From: Chthoniobacterales bacterium
GTDB lineage: Bacteria; Verrucomicrobiota; Verrucomicrobiia; Chthoniobacterales; JAATET01
Direction of reading: 5' to 3'
Assembly: GCA_015655545.1 (NCBI GenBank)
Contig: JAATET010000031.1
Coordinates: 18,099-82,098 of the forward strand
Length of the DNA: 64,000 bases
The position numbers and the translations under genes are program-made. This document shows, piece by piece, positions 21,131-30,395 of this stretch (position 1 is the first letter of the stretch; each line of letters opens with the position of its first letter). The notes under the pieces were generated by a model that worked only from the letters and a program-made list of their open reading frames with translations, searched no databases and was not told the DNA's origin.

Positions 21131-22048
21131 ATGCCGAGGCAGGCGCGGATTGAATACGAAGGGGCGATTTACCATGTGATGAACCGCGGGGACCGGCGGG
21201 AGAACATCGTGCATGGGGACGAAGACAGAAAATCTTTCGTGAAGACGTTGGGGGAGGCTTGCGGGAAATGCGGATGGGAGGTTCACGCATGGTGCCTGAT
21301 GTCGAACCATTTTCATTTGGTGGTGGAAACTCCACTCGGCAATCTAGTGGCGGGAATGAAATGGCTCCTGGGCACCTATACGATCCGGTTCAATGCACGG
21401 CATCGACTGCGCGGGCACCTGTTTGCGGGGCGCTACAAATCTGTAGTTGTCGACGACGCGGATCACCATTACTTGCGTCGGGTGAGCGACTACGTGCATC
21501 TCAATCCCGCCCGTGCAGGATTGATCAGCCAGAGCGAGCCTTTGGAAGCCTACCCGTGGAGCAGCTATCGGGCCTATCTGCAAAAGAAGCGTCCACCTTG
21601 GCTCAGGGTGGATCGTGTCCTCGGCGAGCATGGCGTGCAAATCGATAACCATGCGGGACGGCTTGAATTCGCGCGATGCGTGGAAGCCATTCGGAATGAT
21701 CCAGAGGCTGAGGCGAGTGATCGAAGCCTGTTGCGGGGATGGCGCGCCGGGAGCGAAGAATTTGTCGCCCGGTTGCTGGACAGGCTCGAGGGAAAAATCA
21801 CGCCGCACCACTCTGCCGATATGCGGAGCGAGGTGATGTCACTGCGGGCCGACAGATTGATTGCGGAAGGTCTTGCCAAGGCAAACTGGACAGCAGATCG
21901 GCTTGCGCACGAGAAAAAGAGCCACCCGGTAAAAGTCGCCATTGCCAAGCAACTGCGATCCCAAACCACTATGAGCCTAGCTTGGATTGCGGACCGACTC
22001 CACATGGGACGTTGGACGTATGTTTCCAGTCTTTTAAGACAACAATGA
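21131..22048 (+). mobile_element. RAYT / Y1_Tnp HUH tyrosine transposase with C-terminal HTH
   Basis: YHVMNRG, CLMSNHFHLVV (HUH), GHLFAGRYKS, YVHLNP (catalytic Tyr), YPWSSY, C-terminal SLAWIADRLHMG. Confidence 0.92.
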
Positions 22049-22058
22049 GGACTGACCC
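22038..22058 (-). repeat. transposase-end motif copy B (inverted; overlaps the transposase stop codon)
   Basis: Reverse complement GGGTCAGTCCTCATTGTTGTC is 19/21 identical to copy A (first 15 nt perfect). Confidence 0.85.
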
Positions 22059-22137
22059 CATAGCCGGCCGAAAATCGGAACAACTATGTTTACGAGGTTA
22101 TTTACAACGAATTTGAGGGCCACGCATCATACCAAGA

Positions 22138-22986
22138 ATGAAACTTTTTTTCTTAAGTCTATTCATGCTCGTCAGCCCTGCTTTGATAGTAAAGGGCAAC
22201 GGATCAATCACCGATCCTGTAAAGGACTATTTATCTAAGTTTACATTTTACGATGGTCGTAAAAATTTCTATTCTGATGACAGGTTGCTTCGATTAGACA
22301 TAGATTTAAATAATGACGGTCAACAGGAAATGTTGCTCTCATTAGCAAGGGATAAAAACGGTAAACAGGGGAACACTTGGGCTGTATATCGGAAAACAAA
22401 AATCGGCTATGAAGACATAGGCGGAATGACTTTTAGCTCAAGTGGTTTTTACCTTGGACATATCAACGATACTGATGACTATGGGATTGTAAGCTTCTGG
22501 CCGGGAGGTGCTGGAGAAGGGATGTTGTTGGCACACATCTTCGATGGTTCGGAGATCAAAGAGATACAAATTGGAGAGATAAGACGGGATCCAATCACTG
22601 GAAAACTCGAAGGCAAAGAACTTCTTGATAAATATTCGGGCTCTCATGCGATAAATGGTGACAACGTGATTACTACCATAAGTGCCGTCCAACTAGCCAA
22701 AGATTACGGAATTACTATTGAACCCCAAACTTATCTCCAAGCCCTGCAGGAGGGCTTGCCAGCATCGACTCCGATAAGAACTCCTCTAGCTTCGGCTGTG
22801 GCAACACCGCCACTGGAAATGCCTAAGCCGTCCCCGTCAGCCGTAGCATCGACACCGCGACCGAGTGCGACCGCGACGACCGCCACGGAAAAGCCAGCTT
22901 CCAGCTTCTCTATCGTTTCCGCAGTGATTCTGACGGGGATAATCACGGGTGTGTCGGTGTTCATGTGGTGGCGGAAATCTCGCTAA
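22138..22986 (+). CDS. AT-rich exported protein with C-terminal membrane anchor (orphan immunity-like)
   Basis: Signal peptide, DLNNDGQQE motif, S/T/P-rich linker, TM helix plus WWRKSR. Confidence 0.75.
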   Translation: MKLFFLSLFMLVSPALIVKGNGSITDPVKDYLSKFTFYDGRKNFYSDDRLLRLDIDLNNDGQQEMLLSLARDKNGKQGNTWAVYRKTKIGYEDIGGMTFSSSGFYLGHINDTDDYGIVSFWPGGAGEGMLLAHIFDGSEIKEIQIGEIRRDPITGKLEGKELLDKYSGSHAINGDNVITTISAVQLAKDYGITIEPQTYLQALQEGLPASTPIRTPLASAVATPPLEMPKPSPSAVASTPRPSATATTATEKPASSFSIVSAVILTGIITGVSVFMWWRKSR

Positions 22987-23548
22987 TCGTCTGGTTCTGC
23001 TCGTCCCCATTGATTTAAAGGAGGTCGATGAAAAGGATCAACGATGGAATCGAGCCCCTTCGCCTAAGCGTCCTCCTTATGCCAACGATATCGGTCTTCC
23101 CGCGGACCAGATTAACAACACCGTCTATGTAGCGGTCGAGCCAACTAGCTCAAAAGTTGAACTCATCGTTAAAACATCCACTCCGAGTTTGGGGGACATG
23201 CACGCCCTGTGCGGGGTGCGTGATTTGCAGACGAACACCATCTTGGACGACGTGGCCGTTACCAATCCTTCAGGGGAAACGGAGCTTTCTTTCACCCCTT
23301 CGGGAAGCGTCCACCAGAAGCTATTTAGAGTGGTTATCGGGCTGGATCGAAACAAAGATGGAAAGCTAGGAAATGACGAGGTGGACAGCGATAACCTGCC
23401 TCAAAATCAGCGACTCTATGTGCGCGCTGTTTCAGCTCAAGATTACCAGGATTCGCTTTCCTACCTGCAAAATCGCTCTTGGTTGCTGCTTCCTTTATCA
23501 GTTTCAGCAGACTTCTTCGATTATTTCTCGGGGAATGGTTCTGGAACG
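22987..23548 (+). pseudogene. start-less fragment of a large secreted protein, truncated at motif copy C
   Basis: Open frame LVLLVPIDLKEV...GLDRNKDGKLGNDE...DFFDYFSGNGSGT; protein-like composition stops at the motif. Confidence 0.55.
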
Positions 23549-23570
23549 GGGTCAGTCCTCACTATCGACA
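23549..23570 (+). repeat. transposase-end motif copy C (direct repeat of A)
   Basis: GGGTCAGTCCTCACTATCGACA, 20/22 identical to copy A. Confidence 0.85.
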
Positions 23571-23645
23571 CATCGCCAGTAAGATTCGGTCGCCACTTAT
23601 ATAATTCCATCGATTCCTTGTTACGAAATCCTAAAGTGAAATTCG

Positions 23646-23852
23646 GTGAAACTGCAGCAGGATCAAATCTGGAAACAAGGGGACGTTTATTTGCGAATCG
23701 TCCGTCTCGAGCGCCTGAAGGTGGAATACAAAGCGCAAAAGAACATCCACTTGCGCGACGGAAAACATCATCACGTCACCAAAAAAGAATTCTGCCGCCT
23801 CATCAAAGGCGCGACGCTGCTTCCGATGACGGTGTCCGAAGAACCTGCCTAG
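23646..23852 (+). CDS. small hypothetical protein
   Basis: 68 aa MKLQQDQIWKQGDVYLRIVRLERLKVEYK...VTKKEFCRLIKGA; compact and globular-looking; GTG start. Confidence 0.65.
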   Translation: MKLQQDQIWKQGDVYLRIVRLERLKVEYKAQKNIHLRDGKHHHVTKKEFCRLIKGATLLPMTVSEEPA

Positions 23853-23880
23853 AGGCAGTCGAGAATTTCTGGAAATATGA

Positions 23881-24029
23881 ACAGGAGGAAACGGAGAGAA
23901 CGGAGACCAGTATTAACAGAAGGATGCGAAGGATGCGAAGGATGCGAAGGGGATGATTCCTCGGGCCTTTCTTTGCATCCTTCTGTTAAAAATTCCCTTC
24001 CTTCCTCACTTCCCTCCGTTGCCTCCTGT
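23881..24029. repeat. nested REP-like palindromic element
   Basis: Outer arms 23881-23896 / 24014-24029 (15/16); inner arms 23913-23931 / 23971-23989 (18/19); internal (GAAGGATGC)x3. Confidence 0.8.
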
Positions 24030-24057
24030 AGAAGTTCAGGACATCCTCTAGGCGAGC

Positions 24058-24576
24058 CTATAAAAGCATCGACTGCGGCCCGCTGGCGCTCGCTTCCACA
24101 AATTCCCGCAGGCGCAACTTCAATTCCTCCTGGGAAAACTCCGCCTGGATTTTATCGATCGCCACATTGGCGAGCACGTCGCACCGCTCGTTTCCCTCGT
24201 GTCCCGCGTGCCCCTTCAGCCACTCTCACTGCACCTGGTGTTTCGATGCCGCCGCGTCGAGGACGCGCCAAAGGTCGGCATTTTTGACCGGCTGTTTGGC
24301 TTTGGTGCGCCAGCCGTTGCGCTTCCAGCCCGCGAGCCATTGCGAAATGCCATTCTGCACGTATTTCGAATCGGTATAAAACTTCACGCGGCACGGTTGG
24401 GTCAGCGAGGCGAGCGCTTCGATGGCGGCCTGGAGTTCCATGCGATTGTTCGTCGTCGCCGGCACCCCGCCGCTCAGTTCCTTGAGAATTTCGCCATACG
24501 TCAGCACGGCGGCCCACCCGCCAGGACCCGGGTTCCCGCGACAGGCTCCGTCCGAATGCACCACCACTTCCTTCAT
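24058..24576 (-). pseudogene. rnhA: ribonuclease HI with an in-frame TGA at 24226-24228 (conserved Trp position)
   Basis: [57 protein letters not shown]. Confidence 0.88.
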
Positions 24577-24655
24577 GGGTTCTTCCTAGCGCAGAGCGGC
24601 ATTTAAAACACCGATAAACCCCGCCGGATTCGGGCCGGCATGCGAACTGTTTTTG

Positions 24656-25108
24656 ATGAAAGACCAAACTGTAATCACCCGCGAGCGCATGGTCGAACTG
24701 CTTAACGAAGACCTGGCCCGCGAATTTCAGGCAATCCTGGCCTACGTCATTTACAGCCAGACGATGAAGGGCGCGGAATACACGGCCATCGCCGCCGAGC
24801 TCGAGAAGCACGCCGCCGAAGAGCTCAATCATGCCCTGCTCATCACCAAGCAGATCGATTACTTCAGCGGCACGCCGATCAACGCACCGAAGGAAGTGAA
24901 AATTTCCAGCGACCCGAAGAAGATGCTCGGGTTCGACCTCGAGAACGAAAAGGAAACCATCCTCAACTACCGCGATCGCATCCGGCAGGCCGACGCCATG
25001 GGCGAATTCGCGCTCGGGGAAACTCTCCGCAAAATTATCGCCGAGGAACAGGATCACCTTCAGGATCTCGCCGACGCGCTGGGCATCGACACGCCGCGGA
25101 TCGCGTAG
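24656..25108 (+). CDS. bacterioferritin / ferritin-like protein
   Basis: Di-iron ligand pattern REFQA...EELNHA...ENE...EEQDH. Confidence 0.85.
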   Translation: MKDQTVITRERMVELLNEDLAREFQAILAYVIYSQTMKGAEYTAIAAELEKHAAEELNHALLITKQIDYFSGTPINAPKEVKISSDPKKMLGFDLENEKETILNYRDRIRQADAMGEFALGETLRKIIAEEQDHLQDLADALGIDTPRIA

Positions 25109-25114
25109 CGACCG

Positions 25115-26889
25115 CTATTGCCCGGGCTGCCGGGCAAGCTTTGCCAGGGGCTCTTCTCCGGCCGCGGCGGCCTCGATCGGTGCAGATTCGGCCGGAGCAA
25201 TTTCGGCGGGAGCGTGCGGCGCGGAAGTCGCTGCCGGAGCTTTTTCGTTGCGCGGTCGTGGCGCTTTGGACACTGGCGGTTTTGGGCGCCGGCCGCCTCG
25301 AGCCCGCGTTTGGCAAAATCGATCACGTGACCCTCGCGCAGCAGCCAGAAAAGGTCGGCCGCCACCGCGGTTTCACGCAGCGTCTCGGAGCTACCGGCCG
25401 GCAAGGGGCGCAATTCCACCAGGGCTTTCCATTGCTCCGCGCGCGGTGCGGAACGATGGCCTTCGATATACTCGAGCATGTTGCGCAACGCATCCGAGAC
25501 GGGCGTGGCGGCGACGTCGAGATAATGGGGGCGGGCCACGCCGACGTGGGTGATGTTGTCCTGCGTCTTGAAAATTTGCACGCCCTTCGCGGCGAGTTGC
25601 TGGCCGAGAATGTGCGCCAGCGGCAGCGGAAATTTTTCGAGCTCCTCCCACATGCCGCGAGTGAGCCGCAGGACCGCGGAGGCGGATTCGTTCAGCGCGG
25701 CCGGGCCGGGCACCATCACGCGATCGCGGATGCGAACGACGGCTTTCGCCGCATGGTTTTCGCGAAAGTGCCGCTCCACCTCGGCGACCGAGCTGAGCTT
25801 TTGCGCGTCGGTCGCCGGCTCCCCCGCACGTTCCGATGCGGGTTCCTCCGGTTCCGCGCTCGCTTCAACGGCTTCCGCGACGGGCTCCGTGGGTGCTTCC
25901 GATGCGGGTTCGGTTTGCTCCGTCGGCGGCTCGGCATTTTCCGCGACCAGCTCCGATTCCGCGACGGGCGCTTCGATCGGTTCGCTTTCCGCGGTTTCCA
26001 CCGAAGCCGCCGCTTCTTCAGCCGCGGAAGGCTCGGGGACTGGTTGCGGCTTCGTCGCCTCGGAAAGATCGATCGGATAAAAGACGTCCCGCGCGCTTTG
26101 CTCTTCCTTCCATTTTTCGATCAAGGCCTCGTCGCGCTCCATGCGGATGCGGCTCTTGAAGGCTTCGAAGGGCATGTTCGCAAACTTCTCGGCGTGCAGC
26201 TGGCGAATCTTTGTCTGGTAGTCGTGGTAGTTGGGCGGCCCGAGCAGCACGCCGCTCATTCCGCACACGGCCACGAATGGATAGACGCCCTTCGGCGGAT
26301 CGACGGCCACCCGCTCGCGGCGATAAAATTTATCGAGTTGTGTGGCCAGCGCATGCGTCACCGCCTCGGCCTCGCTCAACCACAGGCTGCCGTCGGATTT
26401 AAGCTGGAACAACGGCGTCGCGGTCTCGGCCGCGCGCTTGAAGCCGACGAGATAACGCTCGGATTTTTCGAGAACCAAACGCGCGAGATCGAAAAGAGGA
26501 TAAGCCTTCGCGGAGGTTTTGATTTGTTTGGCCAGTCCGTCCACGCCATGGCGGTCGGGCATGAATTGAATTTCCCAACCGTTCAGCGCGGGTTCGGGCG
26601 CGCGCTCCGGGCGGCGTTCTTCGCGCCGGCCATCGTGGCGCTCGGGCCGCCCGCCGCCGGGTCGTTTGCCCGTGCCGCCGCCGTCACGCCGGGGAGGCCT
26701 GCGATCGGATCTCGGTCCCCGATCCTGCCATTTGCCGCCGCCGCGCTCGGGGCGATCTCCGCCGCCGTGTTTCGCGGCCAATTTCGCGAGCCGCTCGCCG
26801 GAATCCGCTTCCTTCGCCCAGGCCGGGGCAAAGCTCAGGGACAGATCGATCGCGGCAAGATCGGGGGGCGAAGACGGCTCATCATTCAT
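25115..26889 (-). CDS. conserved hypothetical protein, apparent 1-nt frameshift near 25290
   Basis: KAYPLFDLARL, CGMSGVLLGPPNYHDYQ, DLFWLLREGHVIDF; the alternate frame gives a P/A/E-rich tail ending at TAG 25115 without overlapping the ferritin gene. Confidence 0.75.
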
Positions 26890-27004
26890 GGGGTGAAAAC
26901 GCTAACCTGCATTGTCCACAAACTCCAACTCCGACTTGGAGGCATCGCTGTCACGATTTCGTTTTTGTGTTCGCCGGGCCGCGCCTTTGTGATCGCCTGA
27001 TCCG

Positions 27005-29812
27005 ATGGTTGTCTTTCAAAAAGGCCAGCGCTGGATTAGCGAGTCCGAGCCGGAGCTCGGCGTCGGCGTGGTCGTCGATGCCGCGCCCGGCCGCGTCTTC
27101 CTGCTTTATCGCGCCAGCAACACGCTGCGCCAATACGCCACCGACTCCGCGCCGATCAAGCGCGTGGAATTTCGACCCGGCGACACGATCAAGACGCACG
27201 CGGACGAAGCGCTGCTCGTGGAGTCCGTCGAGCTGCGCGCCGACGGCGTGCTGGTATATCGTGGCGGCGGCCGAGAATTGCCCGAGACGGATCTCTCCGA
27301 CACGCTCAGCTTCGGCAAACCCGAGGAGCGGCTCTACGCCGGACAGGTCGATGGGAACGAGGTCTTCGATCTTCGCTACGAATCCCACCGCCGCCGGCAT
27401 CAAATCCGCAACTCTCCGGTGCGCGGCCTGGTCGGCGCCCGCATCGACCTTATTCCGCACCAGCTTTACATCGCGCAGGAGGTCGCCGCGCGCGCCCTCC
27501 CGCGCGTGCTTCTCGCGGACGAGGTCGGGCTGGGAAAAACGATCGAGGCCTGCCTCGTGCTCCACCGGCTCCATCGCAGCGGGCGCGCGGGGCGCATCTT
27601 GATCCTCGTCCCCGAGCCGCTCGTCCATCAATGGTTCGTCGAGTTGTTGAGACGGTTCAATCTGCTCGTGAGCATTTTCGACGAAGAGCGCTGCCAGTCC
27701 ATCGAGGCCGGAGAGGCCGGAGCGAATCCTTTTCTCGACGACCAGGTGATTCTTTGCCCGCTGCCACTGGCCGCGCAAAATCAAAAACGCGCGCGGCAGG
27801 TCGTCGAGGCGGGCTGGGATCTCGTCGTCGTGGACGAGGCGCATCATCTCGAGTGGACGCCGAAAATCGCGAGCCCGGAATACCAGGTCGTCGAGGCCAT
27901 CGCCGCCGTCGTGCCCGGGGTGATCCTGCTCACCGCGACGCCCGAGCAGCTCGGCACGGAAGGTCATTTCGCCCGCCTGCGCCTGCTCGATCCCGATCGC
28001 TATGGCGATTTCTCGAAGTTCGAAAACGAACGCGCGGAATATCGGAAAACCGCGAAGGTTGCGGCCAGGCTGCTTGACGGAAAATCGCTTGCCGCCACGG
28101 ACCTCAACGCCATCCGAAGCCTTTGCCAGGCCGATCCCGAGCGGCTCGGACAGCATCTCGCGGCCTTGAAGAAAAAGGAGCCGTCCGCAAAAGACGCGCT
28201 GATTCGCGAGCTGCTCGACCAGCATGGCACCGGTCGCGTGATGTTCCGAAACACCCGCGCGACGATGAAGGGCTTTCCGAAGCGGCGCGTTCATCTCGAG
28301 CCTCTCGCCGAGGCGGCTTTGAGGGAGGAATTGGAAGCCGACAACTCCGCGGAAGGCCGTTCCTACAAGCTCGCGAAAGACGCCCGCATGGAGTGGCTCG
28401 TGGAATTTCTGCAGAAAAAACGCCAGGCCAAAGTGCTGCTCATCTGCCGCACGCGCGAAAAAGTGCTCGCGCTCGACAAGGCTTTGAAAGCACGGCTGAG
28501 CCTCAAGATCGGACTCTTTCACGAAGACCTCACGCTTCTCCAGCGCGACCGAAACGCCGCCTGGTTTTCGGAAGAAGACGGCGCGCGGATTCTGCTTTGC
28601 TCCGAGATCGGCAGCGAAGGGCGGAATTTCCAGTTCGCGCATCATCTGGTGCTTTTCGATCTGCCGACGAATCCCGAACTCCTCGAACAGCGCATCGGCC
28701 GTCTCGACCGCATCGGGCAGACCGAGACGATCTCGATTCACGTGCCGTTTCCGCGCGGAAGCCATCTCGAAGTTTTGGCGCGCTGGTATCACGAGGGGCT
28801 CGATGCGTTTGAAAAATCCCTCGAAGGCGGCCGCGAGCTCGTCGCAAAATTCGGCCAACGGCTCGAGGGCTTCATCGCGGGCGGGAAGCCGGCTTCAGAG
28901 TTCGCAAAATTCCTCGCCGAGACACGCGAATACCACGCCAAAATCACGAAGGAACTCGCGCAAGGACAGGATCGTCTTTTGCAGATGAACTCGTGCCGGC
29001 CGGAAGTCGCGAGGCAGATTGTCGGGCAGATTGCCGCGCTCGATCGCGACCTTTCGCTCGACGCTTACCTCCTGCGCATGTTCGACCATTTCGGCGTGCA
29101 CGTGGAGGAGTTGTCGGCGCGCACCTATCTGGCGATTCCGGCGAATCTCACGACGGATGCGTTCCCGGAGCTGCCCGAGGAAGGGCTCGCGCTCACCTGC
29201 GATCGCGCGAAGGCGCTGAGCCGCGAGGAAATCGGCTTTCTCACCTGGGATCATCCGATCGTCACCGGCGCGATCGACCTGCTGCTCGGCTCCGAGCAAG
29301 GAAACAGCGTCTTCGCCATGTGGTCGGGCGGCTCCGAGCAGGGCATGTATCTCGAAACGATCTACGTGCTCGAGCCCGTCGCGCCGCCGTCGCTCCACGC
29401 GGATCGATTCCTGCCGCCGACACCGCTGCGGATCGTCGTCGATGCCAGGGGCGAGGACGTTTCCGCCGACGTGAATCCGGAATCCGGCGATCTTCAGGCC
29501 GGCTCGGTGCTGCATCTGCTCGACAACCGCCGCATCAAACAAAAAGTCCTGCCCGACATGCTCGAGAAAAGTCGGGACTACGCGGGGGAGCGTGCGATCG
29601 CGGTCGTGCGGACGGCGACCGAAAAAATGCAGACGCTGCTTCGCGGTGAGGCCGAGCGGCTGCGGGATTTGCAAAAGATGAACGACCACATTCGCGACGA
29701 GGAAATCGCGCTGGTCGAATCGCAGATCGAGGATCTGGCGACGCGTCTCAAGGATGCGCCGTTGCGACTGGATGCGGTGCGATTGATTTGGCGCACGCCG
29801 GGCGGAGCTTGA
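27005..29812 (+). CDS. rapA: RNA polymerase recycling Swi2/Snf2 ATPase RapA
   Basis: GQRWISESEPELG, LLADEVGLGKT, DEAHH, LTATPEQLG, SEIGSEGRNFQFA, QRIGRLDRIGQ. Confidence 0.95.
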   Translation: MVVFQKGQRWISESEPELGVGVVVDAAPGRVFLLYRASNTLRQYATDSAPIKRVEFRPGDTIKTHADEALLVESVELRADGVLVYRGGGRELPETDLSDTLSFGKPEERLYAGQVDGNEVFDLRYESHRRRHQIRNSPVRGLVGARIDLIPHQLYIAQEVAARALPRVLLADEVGLGKTIEACLVLHRLHRSGRAGRILILVPEPLVHQWFVELLRRFNLLVSIFDEERCQSIEAGEAGANPFLDDQVILCPLPLAAQNQKRARQVVEAGWDLVVVDEAHHLEWTPKIASPEYQVVEAIAAVVPGVILLTATPEQLGTEGHFARLRLLDPDRYGDFSKFENERAEYRKTAKVAARLLDGKSLAATDLNAIRSLCQADPERLGQHLAALKKKEPSAKDALIRELLDQHGTGRVMFRNTRATMKGFPKRRVHLEPLAEAALREELEADNSAEGRSYKLAKDARMEWLVEFLQKKRQAKVLLICRTREKVLALDKALKARLSLKIGLFHEDLTLLQRDRNAAWFSEEDGARILLCSEIGSEGRNFQFAHHLVLFDLPTNPELLEQRIGRLDRIGQTETISIHVPFPRGSHLEVLARWYHEGLDAFEKSLEGGRELVAKFGQRLEGFIAGGKPASEFAKFLAETREYHAKITKELAQGQDRLLQMNSCRPEVARQIVGQIAALDRDLSLDAYLLRMFDHFGVHVEELSARTYLAIPANLTTDAFPELPEEGLALTCDRAKALSREEIGFLTWDHPIVTGAIDLLLGSEQGNSVFAMWSGGSEQGMYLETIYVLEPVAPPSLHADRFLPPTPLRIVVDARGEDVSADVNPESGDLQAGSVLHLLDNRRIKQKVLPDMLEKSRDYAGERAIAVVRTATEKMQTLLRGEAERLRDLQKMNDHIRDEEIALVESQIEDLATRLKDAPLRLDAVRLIWRTPGGA

Positions 29813-29873
29813 AGAATTTCGAGTTGGCCGGTGTTGACCGACTCGTTACTCTGGTGGAAAACCAAGGAGCATT

Positions 29874-29963
29874 ATGGGCAAAGGCAATCACAGTCATCGC
29901 AAGGAAGTCATAAAGCCCAAGCAGGAAAAGCCGAAGCCGCTGCCCGTCAGCAAGCGGCCGTAA
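29874..29963 (+). CDS. small basic protein (29 aa)
   Basis: AAGGAG RBS, then MGKGNHSHRKEVIKPKQEKPKPLPVSKRP; below the ORF-track cutoff. Confidence 0.55.
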   Translation: MGKGNHSHRKEVIKPKQEKPKPLPVSKRP

Positions 29964-30011
29964 GCGATAAATCCGCGGGCGGGTTTCCGGGCTCTGTCCC
30001 CTAAAAGGGAA

Positions 30012-30035
30012 ACGCCCGGTTTTGCAACCGGGCGT
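30012..30035 (-). terminator. intrinsic terminator after the RRM gene
   Basis: ACGCCCGGTT-TTGC-AACCGGGCGT perfect stem (GCAA loop on the minus strand), followed by TTCCCTTTT. Confidence 0.7.
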
Positions 30036-30059
30036 CTGCTTGAAATTTACCAACCGAGA

Positions 30060-30395
30060 TTAGTAACGACCGCGGCTGCCGCCATCGCGACCGCCACCGC
30101 CACGGTTTCCGCCGCCGCCGCCGAACTTGCGTCCGCCGCCGCCTTCTTCACGCGGGCGGGCTTCGTTGACCGTAAGATTACGGCCGTCGAGGTCCTTGCC
30201 GCTGAACTGCGAGATCGCCGCCTGGGCTTCCGAGTCGGAAGACATGGTGACGAACGCGAATCCACGCGAGTTGCCGGTTTCGCGATCGGTCACGAGAGCG
30301 GCTTCGCTCACGGTGCCAGCCTGCGAGAAGAGGCTCTTGAGTTCGGATTCGGTGGTGTTGAAGGAAAGATTTCCAACGTAGAGTTTGCTACCCAT
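30060..30395 (-). CDS. RRM-domain RNA-binding protein with Gly-rich tail
   Basis: LYVGNL (RNP2), RGFAFVTM (RNP1), VNEARPREE, GGG/R tail. Confidence 0.95.
   Translation of the reverse strand: MGSKLYVGNLSFNTTESELKSLFSQAGTVSEAALVTDRETGNSRGFAFVTMSSDSEAQAAISQFSGKDLDGRNLTVNEARPREEGGGGRKFGGGGGNRGGGGRDGGSRGRY

Noticed and set aside
21131-22048. IS605-type element with TnpB/IscB
   Set aside because: No RuvC-type ORF is adjacent; the flanks are oriented motifs rather than obvious subterminal hairpins.
23018-23132. AAGGAGG followed by ATG as a gene start inside the orphan fragment
   Set aside because: It gives only a ~34-aa nondescript peptide; the AAGGAGG is explained by Lys-Glu-Val codons of the longer frame.
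23919-23950. CRISPR array suggested by the GAAGGATGC repeats
   Set aside because: A 9-nt tandem repeat with no spacers and no cas genes; it is part of a palindromic element.
22949-23956. 335-aa track ORF as one real gene
   Set aside because: The start overlaps the previous gene, and after motif C the frame is low-complexity read-through across a different small gene and a repeat.
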